A stretch of DNA of 64,000 nucleotides from Gammaproteobacteria bacterium (GCA_965215225.1 OZ244039.1:2000864-2064863); one strand, 5' to 3'. Counted from the first letter of the stretch, positions 41,497-56,971 are shown. Notes: generated by a model not told the origin, from the letters alone. Numbers and translations: made by a program.

Positions 41497-42366
41497 TCAT
41501 TTCAATCTCTTAATAAGACTTGAAGTATCCCAACGGCCACCTCCTTGCTGTTGTAATTCGGCATAAAAACTATCAACCATTTGAGTAACTGGCAAGGATA
41601 CTCCAATCCGACTTGCTTCCTCCAATGCCATTGCCAAATCCTTGCGCATCCAATCAACGGCAAAGCCAAAATCAAACTTATCTTCAAGCATAGTTTTATA
41701 ACGGTTTTCCATCTGCCAAGACTGTGCCGCTCCTCTAGAAATTGCCCTCATTACCTTTTCCATATCTAGCTGAGCGCGAGAGCCAAATTCAATTCCTTCA
41801 GCCAATGCCTGAACCAATCCAGCTATACATATTTGATTGACCATCTTGGCCAACTGGCCACAGCCCACAGCACCAATCAGTTCAATGGTAGAAGCATAGG
41901 CCATAAAAATCGGTTGGGCAAAACGAAAAACCTCTTCTTCGCCGCCGCACATTACAGTCAACAGGCCCCTTTCTGCCCCAGCTTGCCCTCCTGAGACAGG
42001 TGCATCAAGGAAAAAGAGGCCTCTTCGTTCGGCGCTCTTAGCTAGTTCGCGCGCCAAAATAGCCGATGCAGTCGTATGATCAATAAGAACCGCCCCTTTC
42101 TTCATAGTAGCAAAGACCCCTTCTGCCCCCTGACTTACCTCACGAACATCCCTATCACCACCAACACAAATCAAGACAAAATCCGCGTCCGCCGCTGCCT
42201 CTGCTGGACTATGACATAGACTGCCTGAATATTCTGACACCCATTCTTCAGCTCGTTTAGTTGTTCTATTGAATACACTAAGAGCAAACCCTTTCCTAAC
42301 AAGGTGTCCTGCCATAGGATACCCCATTGTCCCCAGACCTATGAAAGCTAATTTATTCTTGCGCAC
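41497..42366 (-). CDS. NAD(P)-dependent oxidoreductase, 3-hydroxyisobutyrate dehydrogenase family
   Basis: N-terminal FIGLGTMGYPMAGHL Rossmann motif, GGQAGAERG block, 289 aa. GTG start. Confidence 0.85.
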   Translation of the reverse strand: MRKNKLAFIGLGTMGYPMAGHLVRKGFALSVFNRTTKRAEEWVSEYSGSLCHSPAEAAADADFVLICVGGDRDVREVSQGAEGVFATMKKGAVLIDHTTASAILARELAKSAERRGLFFLDAPVSGGQAGAERGLLTVMCGGEEEVFRFAQPIFMAYASTIELIGAVGCGQLAKMVNQICIAGLVQALAEGIEFGSRAQLDMEKVMRAISRGAAQSWQMENRYKTMLEDKFDFGFAVDWMRKDLAMALEEASRIGVSLPVTQMVDSFYAELQQQGGGRWDTSSLIKRLK

Positions 42367-42405
42367 CTCTTTTCCTCTTTTCCTCTTTCCTCTTTTCCTC
42401 CCTTT
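42366..42405. repeat. Tandem octamer CCTCTTTT x ~5 (AAAAGAGG on the - strand)
   Basis: CCTCTTTT CCTCTTTT CCTCTTT CCTCTTTT CCTCCCTTT, abutting the GTG start of the dehydrogenase gene and just downstream of atpG. Confidence 0.9.
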
Positions 42406-42434
42406 ATATGATAGAGAAAAATCATTTCATAATA

Positions 42435-43295
42435 TCAGAGCGCCTCAGAACCTCCAACGATTTCAGAAATCTCTTGAGTAATGACCGCTTGACGCGCCTT
42501 GTTATAAACAAGCTGTAACTGGTCAATCAACTCGCCGGCGTTATCTGTTGCATTTTTCATCGCGATCATACGCGCTGCTTGTTCACATGAGACATTCTCC
42601 ACTACAGCCTGATACAGAATTGATTCGGTATATCTATGCATTAGGCGGGCTAAGATCTCTACTGGTTCTGGCTCATAGAGATAATCCCATTTTCCCTTAT
42701 CCTCCTCTTCTTCTTCATCTATCAAGGGCAAAAGCTGCTGTAAAGTAGGATTCTGTGTCATGGTATTGACAAACCTATTAAAAGCAACATAGAGAATATC
42801 TATCTCTTTATTTAGATATAGATCCAGCATCACCTGTAGACTGCCGGCCAGATCCTTAACCTCTACTGCTTCACCCAGCTGAGTCTGGGCTGCATCCACT
42901 TGCTTTTTCATTACCTTAAAAAAGGCATTGGCTTTCTTACCTAATACAGCATAACGAGCGCCTATTCCTTTTCCCTTCCATTCCTGCTCAGCCTGTAGAA
43001 CCTTTCTAAATAGGTTATAGTTAAGCGCGCCGCACAACCCCCTATCACTAGAAACCACTATGACCCCTGCATTGTGTAGCTGCCTTGTTTCGGTAAATGG
43101 ATGGCGATATTCAGCAGATGCCCCCCCTATATGTCTGATTAATCCCAACATATTATCACTATAAGGACGACTGGCAGCCATCCGCTCTTGAACCTTACGC
43201 ATCTTACTTGCAGCCACCAGCTCCATCGCGCTGGTTATCTTTTGGGTGCTCTTTATGCTGCGTATCTTATTTTTTATCTCTTTACCTATTGCCAT
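42435..43295 (-). CDS. atpG: ATP synthase F1 subunit gamma
   Basis: [34 protein letters not shown] start and C-terminal [11 protein letters not shown]. Confidence 0.96.
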   Translation of the reverse strand: MAIGKEIKNKIRSIKSTQKITSAMELVAASKMRKVQERMAASRPYSDNMLGLIRHIGGASAEYRHPFTETRQLHNAGVIVVSSDRGLCGALNYNLFRKVLQAEQEWKGKGIGARYAVLGKKANAFFKVMKKQVDAAQTQLGEAVEVKDLAGSLQVMLDLYLNKEIDILYVAFNRFVNTMTQNPTLQQLLPLIDEEEEEDKGKWDYLYEPEPVEILARLMHRYTESILYQAVVENVSCEQAARMIAMKNATDNAGELIDQLQLVYNKARQAVITQEISEIVGGSEAL

Positions 43296-44833
43296 CCGCT
43301 CTTATTCTTAAAGTCTTCTAAGGCTCTCTTCAAACGAGCTGCTATATCATCATCATAAGCCCCCTCCTTGTTAATATCATCCATTAGTTCTTGCTGCTGC
43401 GTATTCATATAAGAATGAAGAGCCATCTCATAATCTACCACCTTATCTTGTGGGACATCCGCAACAAACCCCTCATTGGCAGCAAAAAGGCTCACCGCTA
43501 TATGAGCAACACTCAAAGGAGCATATTGCTTTTGCTTCATTAGCTCAGTGACTCTGAGCCCATGTTCTAACTGTTTGCGAGTCGCCTCATCTAGATCTGA
43601 GGCAAACTGAGCAAAAGCGGCCAATTCACGATACTGCGCCAAAGCAAGACGAATACCACCGCCTAGTTTCTTAATAATTTGGGTCTGAGCTGCTCCTCCC
43701 ACCCGAGATACAGAAAGACCCGCATTAATGGCCGGCCGGATACCTGCATTGAAAAGATCAGTCTCCATATATATCTGACCATCAGTAATAGATATGACAT
43801 TAGTAGGAATGAAAGCAGACACATCGCCAGCCTGTGTTTCTATGATTGGCAATGCGGTTAGAGAACCGGTTCTATCCTTTACTTCCCCATTCGTTTCTTT
43901 GACAACATATTCGCTATTGACTCTTGCTGCCCGCTCCAACAAACGAGAGTGAAGATAAAAAACATCGCCTGGATAAGCCTCCCTTCCTGGTGGTCGCCGC
44001 AGCAACAATGAAATCTGGCGATAGGCCCAGGCATGCTTTGTCAAGTCATCATAAATAATAAGCGCATCCTCTCCCCTATCGCGAAAATATTCGCCCATCG
44101 CGCAACCAGAATAAGCAGCAATGAACTGCATAGAAGCCGGGGCAGCAGCCGGGGCGGCCACCACAATAGTATGGGCTAGAGCACTGTGTTCTGCTAGCTT
44201 AGTTACTATGTTTGCAATAGAGGATTGCTTTTGTCCTATTGCCACATAGATACATTTAATGCCGGTTTGTCTTTGATTAATAATTGTGTCTATAGCCACA
44301 GCAGTCTTGCCGGTCTGGCGGTCGCCAATGATTAGCTCTCTTTGCCCTCTTCCTATGGGAACCATCGCATCCAGAGCCTTATAACCAGTTTGAACTGGTT
44401 GAGAGACAGATTGCCGGCTAATGACCCCAGGAGCCACTCTCTCAATTGGTAGGCTAGCAGCCGCCTTAATTTCGCCTCGCCCATCAACTGGCACACCCAA
44501 TGCATCCACCACCCTGCCTAATAACTCTTCTCCCACTGGAACTTCTAATACCCGACCAGTGCACCGCGCCTTATCCCCTTCTTGTAGATGCTCATAGTCG
44601 CCAAGAACCACCGCGCCAATAGAATCCCTTTCTAGATTCAATGCCATGCCATAAGTATTATTAGGCAACTCTATCATCTCCCCATATTGAACATCGTGTA
44701 ATCCGTAGATTCTTAGTATTCCGTCAGAAACCCCAATTATCGTCCCTTCGCTCGCAGCCTCAGCAGTGAGCGAAAGATCGGCTATCTTTTTACGGATGAC
44801 ATCGCTTATTTCTGTAGCATTTAATTTTTCCAT
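43286..44833 (-). CDS. atpA: ATP synthase F1 subunit alpha
   Basis: Walker A GDRQTGKT. Typical alpha blocks ([33 protein letters not shown]). Confidence 0.98.
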   Translation of the reverse strand: MEKLNATEISDVIRKKIADLSLTAEAASEGTIIGVSDGILRIYGLHDVQYGEMIELPNNTYGMALNLERDSIGAVVLGDYEHLQEGDKARCTGRVLEVPVGEELLGRVVDALGVPVDGRGEIKAAASLPIERVAPGVISRQSVSQPVQTGYKALDAMVPIGRGQRELIIGDRQTGKTAVAIDTIINQRQTGIKCIYVAIGQKQSSIANIVTKLAEHSALAHTIVVAAPAAAPASMQFIAAYSGCAMGEYFRDRGEDALIIYDDLTKHAWAYRQISLLLRRPPGREAYPGDVFYLHSRLLERAARVNSEYVVKETNGEVKDRTGSLTALPIIETQAGDVSAFIPTNVISITDGQIYMETDLFNAGIRPAINAGLSVSRVGGAAQTQIIKKLGGGIRLALAQYRELAAFAQFASDLDEATRKQLEHGLRVTELMKQKQYAPLSVAHIAVSLFAANEGFVADVPQDKVVDYEMALHSYMNTQQQELMDDINKEGAYDDDIAARLKRALEDFKNKSGWQ

Positions 44834-44838
44834 TTGAC

Positions 44839-45360
44839 TTAAAAGATATTCTTTAATTTGTTTACTTTTTCTTTAATGGAGTAGTTGAATGATTCATTGT
44901 CCAAGTCAATCACAACCCCTGCCTTCAAATCACGAACCACCTTCTCCTTCAACAAGATCTTCTTGCCACTAAGATGAGATAGGTAGCCTATTAGTTTGTG
45001 CCTTTCCCCTTCTTCTAAGGGGAAAGCAGTTTGAACCTGGGCAATCAGTTCATTTTCCTTCTTTAGTTTCATCTCCTCAAAGAGATTGGCAATCGTAGGT
45101 AAAAAAGCTATTCGCCCATTAGCTAGCAATAGTTGAAGAAAATTACTCTGTTGATCATTAGCTGGCTCACTCAATAGGTTAAACAATAGAGATATCTTAT
45201 TTTTCCGGCTGACAGTAGGATTCATAAGATGCTGGGCTAGTCTTTGTTCCTTTAAGCTAGTTGCCAAAGAAAATAGAAAGTGAGCCCACGAGCCGATTTC
45301 TCCTAGCTCTTCGGCAAGTTGAAAAGCAGCCCGAGCATAGGGTCGCGCAATGGTTTCCAT
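44839..45360 (-). CDS. atpH: ATP synthase F1 subunit delta
   Basis: [10 protein letters not shown] start, 173 aa, positioned between atpF and atpA. Confidence 0.88.
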   Translation of the reverse strand: METIARPYARAAFQLAEELGEIGSWAHFLFSLATSLKEQRLAQHLMNPTVSRKNKISLLFNLLSEPANDQQSNFLQLLLANGRIAFLPTIANLFEEMKLKKENELIAQVQTAFPLEEGERHKLIGYLSHLSGKKILLKEKVVRDLKAGVVIDLDNESFNYSIKEKVNKLKNIF

Positions 45361-45362
45361 AT

Positions 45363-46171
<809 letters not shown>

Positions 46172-46257
46172 CTATTATAAAAGCAATCGTTCAATATAGT
46201 CATAAATAATTTGATAATCTTTGATTTTGAATGAAAAAAATCTAAATTAAGGTCTGT

Positions 46258-47097
<840 letters not shown>

Positions 47098-47163
47098 TTA
47101 CAATTAGTTATAAATGAATTAATTTTATCCATTTTGGGCAGCTATACCAAGAAAAATTCAAAG

Positions 47164-47538
47164 TTAATGCATAAAAAACACATTAACAATACTATGTAAT
47201 AAATGCATAGAGACAATGCCGCTTATTAAACCTAAGGGATGGACTTGCTCTACATAATAAAGTAGCAGTGAGCTGATAACAATAACTATGCCAAATTTTA
47301 TTGCCATCCCCCATCCTAGGGCAGCAAGCATTTTGGGTGCCTCCGCTGAACCCCGATAGAGAAAGTAATAGCCTCCTTGGGCCAAATGAGCAAAACCATG
47401 AATTAGCCCTCCAACCAGAAGCCATAGCCCAAGCGCCCAGCCAAACCCTAAGCCCACTAGCCAAGAAAAGACAGCCCATATACCAACTAGATAGAGGGTA
47501 ATATTGAAGAGACGAATTTGATTAGCGGAAAGACGCAT
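47164..47538 (-). CDS. atpI: ATP synthase protein I
   Basis: 124-aa protein with 4 TM helices, immediately upstream of atpB. Confidence 0.7.
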   Translation of the reverse strand: MRLSANQIRLFNITLYLVGIWAVFSWLVGLGFGWALGLWLLVGGLIHGFAHLAQGGYYFLYRGSAEAPKMLAALGWGMAIKFGIVIVISSLLLYYVEQVHPLGLISGIVSMHLLHSIVNVFFMH

Positions 47539-47684
47539 GATGCTTGAATACGAACAAAGTAATAATCAGCTATTATAGAAGATACAAAGCAGCTGTGAAA
47601 TCAGATTCTTACTATTTGTAGATACAATAAAATTATAGCTACAATTTGCGTTTAATGTATCTGAGATAAAATCTACACTAGACT

Positions 47685-49070
47685 ATGAAACAAAAAGTAA
47701 AGATTCAAACCTATCATCCATTATACTTGCCTAAGGGTATAGAAAGAGAGATTCCTTCTGATGCTGGCGAACTGAGTGAACATCGAAAGCAATCCTACGA
47801 TTACAAAACCCTGTTCTATGATATATTCTTTCAATCCAATCGACTAGTCTGTATAGGACCTCCTTTCTTAAATATTGGAACTCCCCTAGCCATCAGGTAC
47901 AAGCATAAAGGGAAAAACATTAGGGCAGCATGGGATAGATACCCCAAAAAAGGTGCTATCAGGTTTACCATGATATATATTGACATTAGCCCCAAGAATG
48001 CGCCTTTAGAGTTAGAATTCATATTCAAGGATTTCACCACTAAAATAACAGTCTCACGTCCAAATACTATTCCTCTATCCAAAGTAGACCTCTCTTTAGT
48101 CACTGTGCAAAAAGACAATCCATTAATATGGATAAAAGACTTTTGTATCTGGCATACAAGAGCACATGGTATCAAAAGGATAGTTTTATACGATAATGGC
48201 AGCAGCTATTTTTCTGATTTAAGTAAATACCTAACTGAACTAAACGAAGAGTTCGAACTTGTCCTAGTTCATTGGCCCTTTCCTTTTGGATTATTAGAAG
48301 CAAAAAATGATTCATACCAGGATTGGTTTAGAATGGGGGCGCTCAATCACTTTCATTCCTTTTTCGGCGAGAATACTACCTGGGTCATTTCCTTAGATAT
48401 TGACGAATTTGTTTATTGCAATAGCCCCTTACCATTATTTTTATCCCTCCCCAAAGCGCTCGGACAACCAGAATGGCTTCTTAAGCAGCGTAGATTCCCT
48501 GCTCCCTTCTTCTTTAGGGACCAAAAAGATTTGGACCAAATCCGTTTCTACCATCACCAGATAAGAAAAAAACAGTATCCTCCAGTGTATCCTAAATACA
48601 TCTGCCAACCTCGGTTAGTCAAATCAATGGGTATTCATACCAGCCAACGTTCTCTGAAACTAATTGCCAAAGCCATCTTCCAGTCACACCCCTATGTTTC
48701 GATAAGATTAATAGAATACTTATTAAGTGTGGTATTTGGAAAGGCATTCGGAAAGATAAGAAGAGCTATTGGACGGCTAATTAAGATTGGAAGAAAAGAA
48801 CAGCTGAATCCAAGACAGAAGAAAATGCCTTGGCCTGACCACTTTCCAGATGAAAAGAATATCTCATTAGTTCTTTATCACTTTCTTGGTCTCTATACTG
48901 GTTGGCGTGATCCTAATCATTCAAATAAGATCAAAAAACCTAAAAGTCATCTTCAGCTATATCCAGCCGAGGAACTCGTCCTAGATAAACGGATAGTGGA
49001 TAAGGCTATTGAGATAGGAATGGTGACTGAAGCTGAGATTCCATCTATGGACGAGTCTATACTTACATAG
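47685..49070 (+). CDS. GT92/DUF23-like (Glyco_tranf_2_4-like) glycosyltransferase, divergent family member
   Basis: Shares the family layout with 59662-63865: N-terminal Y.PLYLPKGIEREI...LFYDIFF...CIGPPFLNIG, then WIKDFCIWHTRAHGIKRIVLYDNGS, LVHWPFPFG and the DxD-type motif SLDIDEFVY. Confidence 0.65.
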   Translation: MKQKVKIQTYHPLYLPKGIEREIPSDAGELSEHRKQSYDYKTLFYDIFFQSNRLVCIGPPFLNIGTPLAIRYKHKGKNIRAAWDRYPKKGAIRFTMIYIDISPKNAPLELEFIFKDFTTKITVSRPNTIPLSKVDLSLVTVQKDNPLIWIKDFCIWHTRAHGIKRIVLYDNGSSYFSDLSKYLTELNEEFELVLVHWPFPFGLLEAKNDSYQDWFRMGALNHFHSFFGENTTWVISLDIDEFVYCNSPLPLFLSLPKALGQPEWLLKQRRFPAPFFFRDQKDLDQIRFYHHQIRKKQYPPVYPKYICQPRLVKSMGIHTSQRSLKLIAKAIFQSHPYVSIRLIEYLLSVVFGKAFGKIRRAIGRLIKIGRKEQLNPRQKKMPWPDHFPDEKNISLVLYHFLGLYTGWRDPNHSNKIKKPKSHLQLYPAEELVLDKRIVDKAIEIGMVTEAEIPSMDESILT

Positions 49071-49173
49071 TATTAAGAATTAAACTGCTGCGATAGAATT
49101 TCTTATTTTCTCATTCTATAAAAATTTCTCGCTATTTTATGCCAAAGGGCTTAAAATAGAAATCCCTAATATG

Positions 49174-49246
49174 GGGCGCTTAGCTCAGCTGGGAGAGCAC
49201 CGCCCTTACAAGGCGGGGGTCGCAGGTTCGATCCCTGCAGCGCCCA
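49174..49246 (+). tRNA. tRNA-Val (anticodon TAC)
   Basis: GGGCGCT-TA-GCTC/AGCTGGGA/GAGC-A-CCGCC/CTTACAA/GGCGG-GGGTC-GCAGG/TTCGATC/CCTGC-AGCGCCC-A. Confidence 0.95.
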
Positions 49247-49247
49247 T

Positions 49248-49325
49248 GGGGCAGTAGCTCAGTTTGGTTAGAGTACCGGCCTGTCACGCCGGGGGTCGCG
49301 GGTTCGAGTCCCGTCTGCCCCGCCA
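49248..49325 (+). tRNA. tRNA-Asp (anticodon GTC), CCA encoded
   Basis: GGGGCAG...CCGGC/CTGTCAC/GCCGG...GCGGG/TTCGAGT/CCCGT-CTGCCCC-G-CCA. Starts 1 nt after tRNA-Val. Confidence 0.95.
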
Positions 49326-49328
49326 TTC

Positions 49329-50393
49329 TTATTGGCATTGCTGATAAGTATGGCTTTGCATTTCTTTTAATCTACTGAGAGTCCGTCCTTTCTCACCCCC
49401 TTCCTTCCCAGTATAGAGTTGATGCAAAGGGGCAGCCGCACTGAGTATCAGGTTGGTCTTGTTATCATACAAAATATCAATCAACCAGGTGAATCGCCTT
49501 GCTGCATCATCATTATCAGCTAGCTGTGGCACATCCGATAAGAACAGGGTGCTAAAACGCTCGGCTAATCTTAAGTAGTCCAAATGCGAATAGGCTCCTT
49601 GACACAGGGTATTGAAGCTGAACCAAACTGCATCAGAGCTTCTTTGGACAGCTTCTATCCTCCTTCCTTGGACTATCACCTTAGGCTCTAGCCATATTCC
49701 ACAAGCTAACCGAGCAAAAGATGTTTCCATAGATTTTTGGGTTTGTTGATTAAGAGGATAAAAATACAGCCCATCCTTGCTAAGTTGCAGTTGGCGATAA
49801 TCTTGATAACCACAGAGGTTAAAAACCCGGCAATTCTCCTCTAATAGGTCGATCGTAGGCAAAAAGAGATGGCGTGCTAAACCATTTGGGTAAAGATCGG
49901 CAGGTGAATAATTAGATGTCATAACAAATTTCATTCCATACCGAAACAATTGACGCAAAAGCGCTCCAAGTATCATTGCATCTGCTATATCCGATATATG
50001 AAATTCATCAAAACATATCAGGCGATACTTCTTACTGAGATTGGCCGCTATGGTACTGATCTTATCCTCTTTGTTGATGTCACCCATCTGACTCATCTCC
50101 TGATGAAAGTGGCGCATAAACGAATGAAAATGAACACGCCACTTTTGGGTTATGGAGGTGTTCAAGTAAAAACCATCCATCAATAATGTCTTCCCCTGTC
50201 CTACACTTCCATAGATATAGACCCCCTTAGGCACATTCGGTTTGAACAGCCTTGTTATATTCTTTATATAGGCATTCTCATTGTTAAACTGCTGCAGCAA
50301 GAGCGCTGCCTTCTTTTGTCCTTGATCTTCTAATAGCTGATTGGAGGATCGCAAACCCTCATACCAATCAAGAATCTTCCCTTCGCCCCTCAC
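49329..50393 (-). CDS. zapE: Cell division protein ZapE (AFG1-like ATPase)
   Basis: Walker A GSVGQGKTLLMD, Walker B LICFDEFHISD, AFG1-family length. GTG start overlaps the upstream GT2 stop (GTGA). Confidence 0.85.
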   Translation of the reverse strand: MRGEGKILDWYEGLRSSNQLLEDQGQKKAALLLQQFNNENAYIKNITRLFKPNVPKGVYIYGSVGQGKTLLMDGFYLNTSITQKWRVHFHSFMRHFHQEMSQMGDINKEDKISTIAANLSKKYRLICFDEFHISDIADAMILGALLRQLFRYGMKFVMTSNYSPADLYPNGLARHLFLPTIDLLEENCRVFNLCGYQDYRQLQLSKDGLYFYPLNQQTQKSMETSFARLACGIWLEPKVIVQGRRIEAVQRSSDAVWFSFNTLCQGAYSHLDYLRLAERFSTLFLSDVPQLADNDDAARRFTWLIDILYDNKTNLILSAAAPLHQLYTGKEGGEKGRTLSRLKEMQSHTYQQCQ

Positions 50394-51364
50394 TTAGCTA
50401 CCCGAGTATAGAAGAGTCGCAAGTAGATCCTGGTTAGAAATAGCAAAATTTTGATAATGCGAACAACATTTTGCCCTCTATAAGAAGACCTAAGCATGCG
50501 CAAGCTATATTTCAATGCTCTATGATAATAATCCCTTGCATTATCTATTCTGTCACTTTTATCTGCATTGCGAGCAGCCCCATACCATAAAGAAGTTATG
50601 ATGGCAAGAAAAACAGGTTTGTTTTTATCGTCTGTCGATAGTAAGTCATTGACAACATGCTCACGCACCCTAGCCCAATCAGCAAAACGATTCCAATAGG
50701 CCTCTGATAGATTGGCTGCTTCTTCAGTTTCAGATTGATCTCTATACATAAGAGAGGGGCTACCTTCAAGAATTTGCCAGATCCCACGAAGATATATACG
50801 GACAAACAAGGTTAAGTCATGACCACTAACTATATGCTCATCAAATCCACTGGCAGATCTAACCGTCTCCAATCGGAACAAGGAACAAGAAGCAATTCCA
50901 GCGCCGCGCTGAAACATCCATAGGATAGGGTTTTTATCAAACTCCTTCATATCATTGAAGATAATGTCTTTCCCTCTAAATATAACTCGGGGAATTGAAA
51001 CTGCAACCGTCTTTTCTTCTTTGGCTAAGATTGGAACTGTGCGGGCAAAAAAATCTGGTGGGATCTCGTCATCTGAATCCAGAAAGAGGACTGAAGCGCA
51101 ACCCTTAGCTGCTTCTATTCCCCTATTGCGCGCCGCGGCTGCACCACTATGCTTCGCCCTTATTAGCTTTTTAGTAAATGAAGTCTTGGTCGTCTCACAC
51201 CAGTGTTCAATTTTGGCTGCGGTCTCATCGGTAGAACCATCGTCTACAATAACCAGATGATCAGGCGGGTGGGTTTGTTTTATCAGACTTGCCAGAGCAC
51301 GAAAAACACTAATCGGTCTATTATAGACAGGGATGATAACGGCGATTGGGAAAGTAGAGGACAA
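50390..51364 (-). CDS. Glycosyltransferase family 2
   Basis: VIIPVYNRPISVFRALASLIKQT, VIVDDGSTDET, AAARNRGIEAA, LFLDSDDEI (DxD). Confidence 0.85.
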   Translation of the reverse strand: MSSTFPIAVIIPVYNRPISVFRALASLIKQTHPPDHLVIVDDGSTDETAAKIEHWCETTKTSFTKKLIRAKHSGAAAARNRGIEAAKGCASVLFLDSDDEIPPDFFARTVPILAKEEKTVAVSIPRVIFRGKDIIFNDMKEFDKNPILWMFQRGAGIASCSLFRLETVRSASGFDEHIVSGHDLTLFVRIYLRGIWQILEGSPSLMYRDQSETEEAANLSEAYWNRFADWARVREHVVNDLLSTDDKNKPVFLAIITSLWYGAARNADKSDRIDNARDYYHRALKYSLRMLRSSYRGQNVVRIIKILLFLTRIYLRLFYTRVAK

Positions 51365-51482
51365 GTTCCTTATGGGATTAACAAAATCAACTTTTGGTAT
51401 TATAGTATCAACAACACTTGGATAAATCTATGGCAAAAACTTCAATTAAAAAGGATAAAAAGATTAAGTATAATTTCTATAT

Positions 51483-52901
51483 ATGAACCCACGCACTCTC
51501 TATGACAAGCTATGGGATATGCACCTGGTTGCCGCCCGCGATGATGGTTATGCGCTTCTCTACATTGATCGTCATCTGATCCATGAAGTCACTTCTCCTC
51601 AGGCTTTTGAAAGCTTGAGAATACAAGGACGGCCACCTTGGCGAATAGACTCTATTCTAGCAACTGTGGATCACAATGTTCCTACTGTAAATCGTGACCA
51701 GGGTATTGATGGCATAAGAGACGAAGTATCTCGAATACAGGTGACTACTCTAGATAACAACTGCGCCAGCTATGGTATAAAAGAATTTGGTATCACTTCT
51801 ATTGAACAGGGTATAGTTCATACCATAGGACCTGAACTAGGCGCCACCTTACCCGGTATGACTATAGTTTGCGGGGATTCTCATACCTCAACCCATGGAG
51901 CCTTTGCTACTCTTGCTCAGGGTATAGGGACTTCAGAAGTAGAGCATGTCCTAGCCACCCAGTGTTTGTTAACTAAGAAAACCCAGAACATGCGCGTTCA
52001 AGTAGAAGGGGCATTAGGAGTTGGAGTCTATGCAAAAGATGTTATCCTTGCCATTATAGGAAAAATAGGAACCGCTGGAGCTACTGGCTATACATTGGAA
52101 TACGCCGGTTCAACCATTCGCAATCTTTCTATGGAAGGAAGAATGACCATATGCAATATGTCAATTGAGGCAGGCGCCAGAGCTGGACTCATCTCAGTAG
52201 ACGATAAAACGATTGAATATGTTAAGGGCCGTCGTTATGCTCCTCAAGGTAGTAACTGGGAAAGAGCGGCAAGCTTCTGGCAAGAAAATTTGTTCAGCGA
52301 TGAAGGAGCTTTCTTTGAACGAGAAGAACAAATTGATGCTAACCAGCTAAAACCTCAAGTCAGTTGGGGGACCTCACCTGAAATGGTAGTATCCATAGAG
52401 GACAAAATTCCAACTCTACAAGAAGCCAAAAGTGAGATTCAGCAAAAATCTTGGCAACGAGCTTTAGAATATATGGGTCTCAAATCCGGCACTTCTATAC
52501 AAGACATAAAACTTGACAGAGTATTTATAGGCTCATGCACCAACTCTCGCATAGAGGATTTGCGAGTAGCAGCCCAACTAGTTAAGGGTAAGAAAGTAGC
52601 CTCTAATATAAAAGAAGCCTTGGTGGTTCCCAGTTCTGGCTTGGTTAAAAGACAAGCAGAAGAAGAAGAGTTAGACAAGATATTTATCCAGGCCGGCTTC
52701 CAATGGCGAAGTCCCGGCTGTTCTATGTGTCTAGGAATGAATCCTGACCAACTGGGGAAAAAAGAACATTGCGCTTCTACTTCTAATAGAAACTTTGAAG
52801 GAAGGCAAGGCGCTTACGGCAGAACCCATTTGGTAAGTCCTGCTATGGCTGCTGTTGCCAGTATAGCTGGTCATTTCGTTGATGTGCGCGAATTTATTTA
52901 A
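51483..52901 (+). CDS. leuC: 3-isopropylmalate dehydratase large subunit
   Basis: [27 protein letters not shown], Fe-S ligand blocks GDSHT and [11 protein letters not shown] ... GCSMCLGMN. Confidence 0.92.
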   Translation: MNPRTLYDKLWDMHLVAARDDGYALLYIDRHLIHEVTSPQAFESLRIQGRPPWRIDSILATVDHNVPTVNRDQGIDGIRDEVSRIQVTTLDNNCASYGIKEFGITSIEQGIVHTIGPELGATLPGMTIVCGDSHTSTHGAFATLAQGIGTSEVEHVLATQCLLTKKTQNMRVQVEGALGVGVYAKDVILAIIGKIGTAGATGYTLEYAGSTIRNLSMEGRMTICNMSIEAGARAGLISVDDKTIEYVKGRRYAPQGSNWERAASFWQENLFSDEGAFFEREEQIDANQLKPQVSWGTSPEMVVSIEDKIPTLQEAKSEIQQKSWQRALEYMGLKSGTSIQDIKLDRVFIGSCTNSRIEDLRVAAQLVKGKKVASNIKEALVVPSSGLVKRQAEEEELDKIFIQAGFQWRSPGCSMCLGMNPDQLGKKEHCASTSNRNFEGRQGAYGRTHLVSPAMAAVASIAGHFVDVREFI

Positions 52902-53031
52902 TGGGCTGTAATAGCTGTTCGGGCACAATTCGGGCTGTCAAGATTTAATTGCATAGCCCTGTTTATTAAGTTGCGGTTATCAACTTCTCTCTTTCATTCA
53001 GCATATTAAAAATCTATGAGTTTTTGTAAAT

Positions 53032-55750
<2,719 letters not shown>

Positions 55751-55758
<8 letters not shown>

Positions 55759-56971
55759 CAATTAGCTGCCCAATCTCAGCAAGACGGGCGGCGCGAATAG
55801 AAGCTGCCCTTTCTTGTTCTGCTACGCCAGCAATAGCCTGCTGAACATTCACTTTACGAGCCGCTCTTGCTAACTGTTCGGCAATTTCTTTTTGTTCATA
55901 GATCGTCTTCTCAAATCCCAATCGCCCTCGTATATCTGATTGACAGACAAGAAGGAACTCAGCAAAACGTTGCGGCCTACGCCACAAATCAAAAGCATCA
56001 AATACTTTCAAAATAGTTTCCGCTTTCAGCTCCTTTATCCGATGGATATGAGTATGGTAACGACAGGCTAAACAAGCCAGCTGCTCTATTTCTTTGGGCA
56101 CTCGTAAGCGCTCACAAAGAGACCTTACCAATGGCACTCCCCTTTCTTCATGGCCATGATGAGAAGGCAGATCTTTTTTGGGTGTTTTGCCTTTACCTAG
56201 GTCATGGCATAGGGCTGCAAAACGAGTGCTTAGCTCCTGAGATACCAAAGCTGTTTGTTCTAATACCATTAGTGTATGCACTCCGCAATCAATTTCTGGA
56301 TGATGACGAGCTGGTTGAGGGACACCAAAAAGAGATGCCAGTTCCTTATACCAATAGGTCAACCCACTACAATTTTGGAGTGCTTCAAAAAATTTATGAG
56401 GCGACTTCTCACCAAGCGCCTTTGCCGTTTCTACCCATATTCTTTCCGCGCTTAGAGTTTCTATCTCCTTAGACCCAGTCATTCGGCTTAATAGCCGCTG
56501 AGTTTCTGGAGCTATTGAAAAACCATAGGAATGAAATCTAGCAAGGAAACGAGCGCACCTTAATATTCTTAACGGGTCTTCAGTAAAAGCTTCAGAGGTA
56601 TGACGCAAGATGCCCGCCCTGATATCCTCTTGCCCCCCATAAGGATCTATAAGTCGCTCATTCTCTGCATCATAAGCCATGGCATTGATAGTCAGGTCGC
56701 GCCGCCTTAGATCCTCCTCTAGCGAAACATCTGGCTCACTATAAAAAACAAATCCTCTATAACCAACCCCTTTTTTTCGTTCAGTGCGTGCTAGAGCATA
56801 TTCCTCTTTAGTATCAGGATGAAGAAAAACCGGAAAATCCTTTCCTATAGGCTGAAATCCTTTTTTTATCATCTGTTGAGGAGTAGCACCCACTACAACC
56901 CAATCTCTATCCTTAGTGGTCAAACCTAAGAGTCTATCGCGAACTACTCCTCCTACTTGATAATATTCCAT
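55751..56971 (-). CDS. cca: Multifunctional CCA-adding enzyme (tRNA nucleotidyltransferase with HD domain)
   Basis: YQVGGVVRDRLLG...KDRDWVV head domain, RDLTINA, and an HD domain (HHPEIDCGVHT ... CHDLGK). Confidence 0.92.
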
